From Marsupella aquatica (taxonomy: Eukaryota > Plantae > Marchantiophyta), in NCBI GenBank assembly GCA_973895155.1, contig OZ316898.1, forward strand, positions 3,162,480 through 3,226,479: 64,000 nt of DNA, read 5' to 3'. This document shows positions 27,201 to 38,100 of the stretch, one piece after another (the stretch's first letter is position 1; each line of letters starts with the position of its first letter). The notes beneath the pieces are model-generated. The model saw only the letters and a list, made by a program, of their open reading frames with translations, searched no databases and had not been told where the DNA came from. Position numbers and translations under genes: made by a program.

Positions 27201-28620
27201 TCTGAAGCGTTGTGGACAATTGCAGAAATTGCCAGATAGTTTCAGCGACCTCTCAACGCTGAACGAGTTAAGCATAGATAGTGCTGAGCATCTTGAGACG
27301 CTATCCGATGGCTTTGGGAACTTAGCTTCTCTTACATATCTCAGTCTAAGAGGTTGTCGATGTCTTGAAAAACTGCCTCCGAGTTTTGGGCTACTTTCAA
27401 CGTTAGAAGAACTTGAGTTGAATAAGTGTACGCACCTCAAGACCCTGCCGGAAAATTTTGGCCAACTTTCGGCTTTGAAGAGATCGATCATAGAAGGGGC
27501 TGAACACCTGGAAGCCCTACCTGATGGCTTTGTTAAATTAGGTGCCCTCTCATATTTGCGTCTCAACACCTGTGAGAGTCTTGAAGGATTGCCAGAGAGG
27601 TTCGGTGATCTGTCGGCCTTGCAAGAATTAGAGGTAATAGATTGTTGCCGATTGCGGAGATTGCCGGACAATTTCGACCTACTCGTCGGCCTTCAGAAGT
27701 TGATTATAAAGCGGGCCTATCAGCTAGAGATGCTACCTGATGACTTTGGGAAATTAGCTTCCCTGACATATCTGAGACTACAAGGGTGTCGACGGCTTGA
27801 AAGACTGCCTGAGAGTTTCTGTCTTCTATCTACCCTGCAAGACCTGGAGTTGGAAGGGTTTGAAGAACTACAGAAATTGCCGGGGAATTTCGGGCAACTC
27901 CTGGCCCTTCAGAAATTGACCATATCATCGGCCGACAACCTAGAGGCGCTCCCTGAGAGTTTGTGTCTCTGCTCTGCCCTGCAAGAACTCCATGTGAAGT
28001 GGTGTGGAAAATTACAAAGATTGCCAGAAAATTTCGGCCAACTCTCAGCTCTCAAGACGTTAAGCATAAAAGGGGCCGACCAGCTTGAGGCGCTACCGAA
28101 CAGTTTTGGGGACCTCTCTTCACTGGAAGATTTGTTCATTGGGGCGAGAATGTTGCAAAGGTTCCCGGTAAGTATAGGGAACCTTCATGCCCTGAGAAAG
28201 CTGACTGTTTTGGCCCAAAGGCTGAGGAGTTTACCGGAAGAGGTTGGTAATCTCTCTTCTCTAGAAATCCTGAAGATTGAACGATGTCGAAGCATAGAGA
28301 CTCTTCCGAACAACTTATCGGACATTTCCTCCCTGACAAAAGTTATACTTCAATACTGCAGCAGATTGAAAAGTATACCAGGTAGTTTGGGAAAGTGCAT
28401 CTCTCCTCATGGGCACTGCAGTACTGGGACGAGTAGACCAGTAGGGGGCGGCCAGTCCTCCCAAATAGCATCCACGGAGGGGTTCCAGCTACATGTAGAG
28501 GAGTGCCCACTCCTTGATAACTCGGTGCTGCAAGGATTGGGTTGGATTCAATCTGATAGAAAGGGTTATGATTGTGACAGTAATGGCAATCTACTACTGT
28601 GGTATAGAGAAATGTTGTAA
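21243..28620 (+). CDS. Alpha/beta-hydrolase-NB-ARC-LRR NLR ('NLR-A'); exons ~21243(or 21328)-21432, 21641-22282, 22614-22781, 23120-24175, 24485-28620; apparent frameshifts at ~21290 and ~25670 (possible pseudogene or assembly error)
   Basis: Hydrolase: VLFFHGL, IWPKVWL, GHSFGG, STPHHG, IVPEKSA, DHFSVCRP. NB-ARC: GMGGIGKTT, IVMDDV, IITTRD, CNGLPL, LSYDSL, MHEQ. More than 50 24-aa LRRs of type LPESFGxLxxLxxLxLxxCxxL. The LRR ORFs 24485..25687 and 25684..28620 are in different frames. Confidence 0.9.
25502..27370 (+). repeat. Coding tandem array of a 360-bp (5 x 24-aa LRR) unit, 5 full copies plus a partial
   Basis: Unit starts CTAYCYRATGRCTTTGGGAACTTA at 25502, 25861, 26221, 26581, 26941 and 27301. 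25921-26280 and 26281-26640 are essentially identical. Confidence 0.95.
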
Positions 28621-28647
28621 CAGCGGAAATGGCCTGTTGAGGACTCC

Positions 28648-28707
28648 TTCAGTTGAGTTATCCAGGCAAGACTAGAATTCAGTTGAGTTATCCAGGCAAG
28701 ACTAGAA
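28648..28707. repeat. Perfect 30-bp tandem duplication between the two NLR 3' ends
   Basis: TTCAGTTGAGTTATCCAGGCAAGACTAGAA at 28648-28677 and 28678-28707. Confidence 0.9.
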
Positions 28708-28807
28708 TCCCTCTATTCTGTCATATTCTCCTCGAACAATCATGAGTGCCCCTTAGATCTATAAGCTGGGAATAGTACGCATAGAGAGCCGAATATGATG
28801 AAGTTCC

Positions 28808-29152
28808 TCAACTTTCAGAAATGCATCCAACAGCTCTCAAAGAATCATCAGTATCTAGGTCACTCTGGCAATACCGGTATATAATATTCCTGAAACATTC
28901 CATCCACACGGTGAACACTACATGACGAGTATAATTTCTTGCCGTGACAACCTTGCGTAGGCCTTCCGGCAAAGAAGGGAATCCTGCTGTCTTGACCCAA
29001 CTTAGTCCAAGAATTTTCAGCGACCTTAGTTTCACAAAATTGGGGATGCGCTGCAACGATGTCTCTTTCAGCTCCACGCGTTGTACTCCTTGCAATTGCA
29101 GAAATGTCTCTGGCAAAGAGTGCAGACAACCACACTCCAGAATTTTCACTTC
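28808..29152 (-). pseudogene. In-frame LRR tail of NLR-B cut off by a premature TAG
   Basis: The frame continues ...DLRTL*EVKILECGCLHSLPETF...LKETSLQRIPNF..LSW..T..FPSLPEGLRKVVTARNYT, homologous to the ends of the two upstream LRR modules. Confidence 0.8.
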
Positions 29153-32100
29153 CTATAGGGTCCGTAGGTCCCCAATTGATTCTGGCAAGGCTGCTAGAGA
29201 ATGGCAAAAGCCGATTTTCAAAGTTTCCAAAGCAACCAACGCTCCCAGACCGTCAGGTAGCCTCCGCAAAGCAGGACACTCTTCAATAATGAGATGTTTC
29301 AGCTTTGCTAGCCCACCAATTGAATCAGGTAAGCTCTTCAAATGATTCCACCCCTTGATTTCGAGCTGCTGCAGGTTCTGTAGGCGCCCAATCGATTCTG
29401 GCAGGGCTAATAGGGAATCGCAAAAGCCAATCCCCAAAGTTTCTAAAGTCACGAACCCTCCAAGATTCTTGGGTAGCAGCTTCAAAATAGGACACCACTT
29501 AATAATGACATGCTTCAGCTTTGGTAGCGAACTAAGTGAATCAGGCAAGCTTTCCAAACAATCACACCCATTAATTTGAACCAGCTCCAGGTTCCGTAAG
29601 CGCCCGGTTGACTCTGGCAAGGCGTCTAGAGAATGGCAAAAGTAAATCCTCAAAGTTTCCAAATCGCTCAACTGTCCAAGGCTTGCAGGTAGCGACCTTA
29701 AAGCAGGACACCGTTCAATACTGAGATATTTTAGCATTCGTAGCTTTCCAAGTGAAGTCTGCAAGCTCTTCAAACCATCACACCCATCAATTTGGAGCTG
29801 CTTCAGGTTCCGTAAGCGCCCAGTTGATTCTGGCAAGGCTTCTAGACAACTACAAAAGCCAATCCTCAAAGTTTCTAGAGCCACCAACTGTCCAAGGCTT
29901 TCTGGTAGCGAGCTCAAATAAGGGCACCGTTCAATACTGAGATGTTTCAGCACCGGCAGGTTTCCGAGTGAATGAGGCAAGCTCTCCAAATCACATCCCC
30001 TAATTTGGAGCGTCTGAAGCAGCAGTAAAGACCCAATCGACTCTGGCAAGGCTAACATGGAATAACAAAAGCCAATCCTCAAACTTTCTAAAGGCACCAA
30101 GTGTCCAAGACTGTCAGGTAGCCTCCTCAAAGCAGGACACCACTCAATGCTGAGATGTTTTAGCATTGGCAGGCTTCCGACTGAACTATGCAGGCTCTTC
30201 AGATAATCAGACCCCTTAACTTGGAGCTGCTGCAGGTTCTTTAGGTGCCCTACTGATTCTGGCAAGGCTCCTAGAGAACGGCAATAGTGAATCCTCAACG
30301 TTTCAAGAGCCACCAACTGTCCAAGGCTTTCGGGAAGCAACCTCAAAAAAGGGCACCGTTCAATACTGAGATGTTTCAGTACTGATAACTTTCCGAGTGA
30401 ATGAGGCAAGCTCTCCAAACCACACCCCATAATTTTGAGCGTCTTAAGCATCCCTAGGGATCCAATCGATTCTGGCAAGCCCAACAAAGAATCACAAAAG
30501 TTAATTTTCAAACTTTCTAATCCCACCAAGTGTCCAAGGCTATCAGGTAGCCTCCTCAAAGTAGGACACCGTTCTATACTGAGATGTTTTCGCATTGCTA
30601 GATGCGACAGTGAATCAGGCAAGCTCCCCAGAGTATTAATACCCTCAAGTATCCCAATAATATCCATGGATATATGTTGAAAACTCCCCGGACGATCTGC
30701 TCGAAGTATTCCATTTACAACGCTGAAGGTTAATGGAGACGTATAATTCTTTGTCGTAACCAGCTCCCGGAGGCATGTAGGCAAAACCGGGAATTCCGAT
30801 GTCTGGCTCCAACTTAGTTGAAGAGTTTTCAGCGACTCTAGTGTCGTTAAGTCTGGAACACGCAGCAAAGATGTCTCATTCAACTCAATGTGTTCGAGTG
30901 CTTGCAGTCCCAGGAATTCCCCTGGCAGTTTCTGGAGACGACTACACCTCGTAAGTCTGATATCCGTGAGCTTTGATAGGTACTCGAGGGATTCTGGCAA
31001 GTTTGAAAGAGAATCGCAAAAGCAAATCCTTAAAGTTTCCAAAGCCATCAAATGCCCAAGGCTTTCTGGTAGCGACCTCAACCTAGGACACCGTTCAATA
31101 CTGATATGTTTTAGCATTGATAGCCTTCCGAGTGAATCAGGCAAGCTCTCCAAATGACACCCCACAATTTCGACCGCCTGCAGCTTCCGAAGAGATTGAA
31201 TCGATTCTGGTAAGGCCACCAGCGAATCGCAAAAGCCAATCCTCAAACTTTCTAATGCCATCAACTGCCCAACGCTGACTGGTAGCGACCTCAACTTAGG
31301 ACATCGTTCAATACTGAGATGTTTTAGCTTTGCTAGATTCCCAAATGAATCAGGTAAGCTCTTCAAAAATTGATTGCCCTTAATCCTTAAAATCTGAAGA
31401 GACCTTAGTTGGCTGAAACTCTCAGGTAAATTACGAAATCCAGCAATATTACTTAGACTCAGAATGGCCAGACAACTGTGGCGGCTTGGGTTCAAAGGAA
31501 GACAAGAGAAGCTCATCCTGGACAAATGGAGGCAGACAATTGTGGAAGGTAACGTCGAGTCATGTATTTCGTCAATGTCGAATCCTTCTAACGACAAATA
31601 TTGCAACTTGTTCATTTTGCACAATGAGCTTCCCGAAATGGTGACTTGGTTCGCAGGTGCCGATGCCATGGCCTGCAGAACCTGATCCAGAGCACCACTG
31701 AATGGGTTAGTCTCTGAGTTCGCTGAAGTACTTCGTCTACTTCTAAAACCAGAAATATGAAATCAAAGTTGATTGCAGGGTGCTGAAGTATGTGCCTTGC
31801 GGTACATTTTAAAAATTGTTGTTGTCAAATTATCTCAATATCCCATTATGGGAAAAACAATATCGTCTAAACTAGAACTGTCATCTATTTTCCCACTCAT
31901 GCGTGTTCTAGGGACTGGAAAATAAAACTATCATTTCATGACGAGAAAACAGAAACTCAACAAGCGCCACAGGGCACATCCCACGAACGAGCTAATAGTT
32001 CTACGGATCATATCGAAGAGTACAAAATCCTATTGAAGAGGACGAAGAAATAGTCCAATCCTCTCAACAAAGGCAATCTAGGGACAGATAACATAAACGG

Positions 32101-35100
32101 ATGGATCTGTTTTTGACAATGAAGGCAGAGCCCAGCATTTTTTGCTAGAAAGTACCAAATTGAGTTTGCATTGAAAAAAGTACTTATTAGCGAATCGTCA
32201 TAATAGTGCATGAGTGGAAAAAGGATACAAGAATTGAGATCACCAATCTTATGTTTTTCACAGCAATTACGGAAAAATTTCTGGGTCTGAATAGGGCTAT
32301 TCTATGCAGTGCGGAAGACTGGATTGGTTTGCTATCATAGGGAATCCATTCTCGTTGCCTTATCTCCAATTGTATAAGCCAAGAAAGCTTGGAGGGTAAT
32401 TTAGTCCTATTCTGTTAGATAAGTTTCGGAGGTTGTTTCTCAACAGAGGTCTTACCGAGATCTTATCAAACAACATTTACAATTAAACTGATTGTGGCCT
32501 CGACATCTCATACAGTTTATTTCTATGAATCTGAAAGATGAAAGCGTTAGCAAGTTCTAACAAAAGTAACGTCGGAATGTGTAGAACGAGTCTTAGAACT
32601 TCTTATATATACCATTATTTCCGGCATATGAAGGTGGGTGCCCCAGATGTAGAACGGAGACTCGTCCAGACACCAAGATATTCTTATCCATTTCATATGT
32701 CTAGACGCTTAATGTTCAAAGTGTTGGCTTTGTCGGCATGAGGTGCTTTATGGTCTACAAATCATATCAGGTAAGAATGTTCTTACTCGTGCCCGGCCAA
32801 TGTTCTGTGAATCGAGGTTCTTCTCCGGGTCCCGCTCCGGGTCTTCGTTGGATTCCTCCTGTATATCCTCATCGAATTCCTCAAACTCCTCCTCCACATC
32901 CTTCTGCAAACCGAAACCCTGCATATTATGCATCCAGATCTTCTGCATATCCAAATCCCGCCTGCAACACTTCAGACCAATGACGTCCTGCAATATGCCA
33001 ATCCCGGGCCGATTTATGCTATTTAGTTTTTGGCTCAAAGTGCAATCTTCGTTTACGTTTGGAAAGCATTAGAACTTGTGGAAGAGCAAACAAAATGTAA
33101 GCCATAATAGTTGTAACGCATAGAAAATTATGTAGCTGGGCCTGAACCCGCTGTTGCCAAATCACCTTCATATCATCCCCATTGTGGTTGTTTGCTGACA
33201 ATAGTTCGAATGCTGTCGCACTATCGTTCCAGATCCTGAGGCCATTTTCTCCACGAGTAAAAGCTATCGTCCTGCCGAGACTCTGAAGCTGAGCCTGCAT
33301 GCTAATCTGTATCTTATCTTTATCGATGCGTTCCTCCCACACCAAAGAAAGATCTACAAGACGTTGCCATTTAATGTCTTGCTGTCCCTTCGTGACGATG
33401 CTCCATGCTGACTTTGCAGTGCTTAAGTCCGACTTGAAGAATGAGGTAGCACAATCTAGAAACATATTCTGCTCCACCTTGTCAAGGTCATTGTAACTGT
33501 CCCTCAATCTAGCCCACAGTCTCTCATCAAAATCACTTAACGGCAGTTGGTTGTCCAACGCCCACACAACTTGCTGCTTCGTGTCTTTGGGGACGACATG
33601 ATGCTTTGTGGATTCTGCCTGAAGATATTTGCCTACAACTTCTAAAGTCAAGGGTAATCCGTCACATTTACCTACAATATCATCTACATCATGAGTCAAA
33701 CGAGGACCTACCAAGGCGGACAAGAGTTGTTTTGAGAACTCTTGGCTAAGCAATGGGACATGAATAACGTTGCCCGACAACCTTTGGCAAAGTGAGAAGT
33801 CCCTAGATGTTACTACGAACAGACTTTCTTTGTGAAGAACTTTCGCTCGGAAGATGGGTAATATCTGACGGTCTATCTGTTCCTCTTCTTCCACATCGAC
33901 ACCATCCAGCATCAGCAACAGCCGTTGCCCGTTCAAAAACTCCATATCTTGCTTCCTTTCCTTCTCACTAATTTTTTTGCCCCATCGATGCATGTGCTCA
34001 GATACTGCCCTAATAGTTTTAACACCCGTTATGAAACAGGTGTATTCATAATCACGCGCCAGTTCATTGAATAATGCCACGGCCAGGGTAGTCTTTCCTA
34101 TCGCAGCCATGCCAACGAGACCCAAACTATTTTTGGACTTAAGATTGGATTCAAGTTCCACTAAAACCTGATCAATCCCGACAAGCTCTGTCGGTATTTC
34201 TTGAAAATTGTTTGCACGATCTGTTTGAAGTACACCATCCACAACACTGAAGGTTAATGGAGCAGTATAATTCCTGTCCGTAACCTGTTCCCGAAGGCAT
34301 TCAGGCAACGATGGGAATTTTGATGTCTGGCCCCAACTCAGTCGAAGAGTTTTCAGCGACTTCAGATTCTTGAAATTGGGCACGTGCAGCAACGATGTCT
34401 CGTTCAGCTCAATGTGTTCGATTGCTCTCAGTGTCAGGATTTTCTCCGGCAGCTTCTCAAGACGACTACACCTCGTAATTCTGATATCCTTGAGCTTTTG
34501 AAGGCCCCCAAAGGAATTGGGTAACATTGATAAAGATTCACAGGAGTCGATCCTCAAAGTTTCCAAAGCCTGCAGCTGTCCAAGGCTATCGGATATCATC
34601 TTCAATATAGGACAACCTTCCACTATCAGATGTCTAAGCTTTTGAAGGCTCTTGAGTGAATCATCCAAGCTCTCCAAATCACTATTACCCTCTATAGTTA
34701 ACATCTGAAGAGATATTAGATCGCCAAAAGGTGCAGGAACGGTGCGCAATCCAGAAATGTTGCTTAGACTCAAAATGGTTAGACGACTGTGGCAGCTTCG
34801 GTTGAAAGGGAAGTTCACACTGGACAAATGGAGGTAGACAATTGTGGATGGTAATGTCGAGTCGTGAGTTTGTTCAATGTCAAAGCCGTCCAACCATAAA
34901 TATTGCAACTTCGTCATTTTGCACAGTTGGCTCCCCGAGATTTTGCCATAATTCTGACGTGACAACTCCGTACCCTGCGCAACCCAGTCCATATTACCAC
35001 ACAACGGCGTCAGGAAGACAAGGCTTTCAAAACCAAGATTGCTTGCTATGGCCGGGCTGGAACGCGGTGCTTGCTCGAACAGCCGGACAATGAGGAGCTT

Positions 35101-38100
35101 GAAAAGTCGAAACGTGGGCCTTTACACTCCCCCAAACCTCACCAAGATCTACCACTTCAATGTCCGTGGGGCTAATCAAATTTTAGAATGTGACTTCTAA
35201 AGAAGAAATGGATTTTTCCCTCTTTCAAGTTACTTTCGTTACGGTTACTAACTGTGGACCATACGTTTGGAAGATCCCAGGATTTCGCTTGCTTACTCGC
35301 AAAGAAACTCACTCCTCACTCACTCCTCTTAATCGTATAGTCCGTTTGGGTTCTTGTTTTTCCGTTTAATTCAGATTGAAGGTCGTAAGTCAATCCTGCC
35401 GTCGTCGCAATTATATTATTTGCATTCCAATATGCCTTCAAACTCCATATCCTCTAAATCACTTGTATATCGTTGATGTTCAAATTGAACGTTTGACTGT
35501 TCTCTGGAGTTTGCATAAGGTGGTTCTGGGTCTACACAGCAATCCAATTCACTTAGGAAGGTACTTACTGAGATGCTGCCGGTAATCTCCGGATCTAACT
35601 CCCTCGTGCAAGACTTCAAAGCAACGATGTCCTGCAAAAGCCAAACCCGAGGGTACTTACGGTAGTCATCCTTTGAGTGAAAGACCCATACTCGTGTTGT
35701 TTGGATTGCAATTGAACGGCATGAAGTGGGAAAGTCCGGTAAGGCATATTAGCTTTTAACTGATTGGGAATGGCCCGATTATACTCTGGCTAATTTACCT
35801 TCACATGATCTGGATCCACGGTATCTGCTGACAATAGCTTGAACGCCTTCATACTATCGTTCCAGATCCTGCGTCCACTTCTCTCAGAAGTAGAACCTAT
35901 ACTCCTGCCGAGATCCAACAGCTGCTCATGCATGCCAATTGCAATCTTTTCTCCATCACGGACTTCCCACACCAAAGACAAGTCTACCAGGCGTCGCCAA
36001 TGCAAGTCTTCGAATCCATCCGTGATGATATTCCAAGCTGCCTTTGCAGTAGTTAAATCAGATTTGTAGAATACGTCAGTAGCATCGAGGAACATTTCCT
36101 TCTCGGGCTTTGGCAAAGCGTCGTAGCTGAGCCTCAGTTTAGCCCATAGTTGCTCTTCCAATCCACCCACATCCTTTGTCTTTTCCAGTGCCGGAACAAT
36201 TAGCTTCCAAATTGATAAGTCGCACTCCTTGGATTTGGTATTAAGATACTTGCCTACGACTTGTAAAGTCAATGGCAAGCCGCCACACTTTTCCACGATG
36301 TCATCTACATAACTTTGAAATGGATCGGAAGCTCCACTCTGGGCACATATGAGGAAAAACTTTTTCGAGCTTTCAGGAGAAAGATATGGAACAGTATGCA
36401 CTTCAAAACCATTTGATGCTAACAGTTCTTTGCTTCTGGATGTTGCAACAAATCGATATCTATCTTTGGGAATCTCAAATTCGTCTGTCAAGAACCGCAC
36501 AATATCAAAGTCTCGTTCTGAGCTCACATCATCCACTACAAGTAGCAGCGTCTTTCCTTTCATCTTCACCTTCAACCTTCCTATATTCTGTATAATTTTC
36601 TGCCCTCGATGATACATATTTTTCAGTATGATATCTTCGACCTGCTGAGGTCGACCCATGATATCTTTCATATCTTTCACGCAATTAAGGAAACAGGTGT
36701 AGTCATAGACAGGCTCCAAGTCGTTGAACAAGGCCATGGCCAGGGTGGTCTTTCCTATCCCTCCCATGCCATCAAAGCCCAACCTGGTAGTCTTATTGAG
36801 CTTGCCTTTGACTTCTTTCAAAACCCCTTCAATTCCAGTTATTGACCGCGGTAACCTTTGAAGGTTCCCAGTGTGTTTATCCTGCAGTTCCAACAGTCAA
36901 GCCCATCAACGTCAGTTACAAGATTTCAAATGCAAATATAAACTGCCTAAAAGGTCTCAGTCACAGAAAAGGTTGCGTTGCACTAGCGAACCAAGCCAAT
37001 AAACATTGGTTCGATGTCTTCAGATCGAGGTAGGAATTGGCATGCATCCGAAATGCCTAAGTCTCAAAATCAAAAAATTCATTAGTGTACTAGCGAACCA
37101 TAAGAACTTTAGAAAACTGAGTGTAAAGGATCGGGAGAACCCACATTTGAATCCATAGCAACCTCCTTCAGAAGTTGTGTCAAGGCAGTGAACCTTCTAT
37201 TGACTTTGCTCGGTGGCCTGGAAATTGAAATATGATCTGCTGCTTCCGCCATGTTGAAATTCATACCATCTCTTGCAGATGCTTCGGGTACAACTAGACC
37301 ACGGAACTTACCCTGCACAACGATGACGAAAGGTTTACATAATCATACGATGGATCGCGTTAAACGAGTCCTCGAGTAACTAATCATTGGCTTGCCTAGA
37401 GTATGAAGACTACACAGACTTTCTGAATTGGGTGATGGGATAGGATAATCAAAGAACACAAATGCCCAAATTGGTCACAACAACTCGACATCCCGCCAGC
37501 ATAAGATCCAATAGTTTCTCTCCTAGGGCCATGACCGTTCTCACGCTATCAGGAATACTGCAAAATATTCAGGGATGAAGCATAGCGATGAGCATGTTCC
37601 TTGCCCACTGCGACAATGAAACGAACCTTAAGCTCATTACCTACTCTTGCAGTGATTCTATTCGGCGTTCGGGGACCAAGAGACTCATCAAGGGCTCCAA
37701 ATTCACAAAGAACACAGACATCAAATTCAGAAGGTGAGGGCTGCGAACTGGTCGGCTCTGCACAGTTGTTTCATGATTGAGATGGGACGAACTCCGAGGG
37801 TCTCTACAAGCATATAAAAATATTCCTACACAGACGAACCTTTTCTAGCTAAAACAGGTTAGTCCAAGGAACTGCGAAGCAGATTTTAAGAGACAATTCT
37901 TCCTGGTTGGGCTCTGACTAGATGCAAATCATGTAAGCTAAAACCGACAACAGTAATGCCAAATGAAGACTTCCATTGAACAGTGAGCTACAAGACATCT
38001 CGAAGGGTTACTCAAACTCTCGGGTGGTCACGTCAATGATTCTTTTTCATCACGTTAATTTGGTGGACATCTACATACGTACCCATTTGCTTGCACGAGT

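Noticed and set aside
25489-28339. Series of 112-aa and other antisense ORFs spaced 360 bp apart
   Set aside because: They are shadows of the sense-strand LRR repeat, with no independent evidence of coding.
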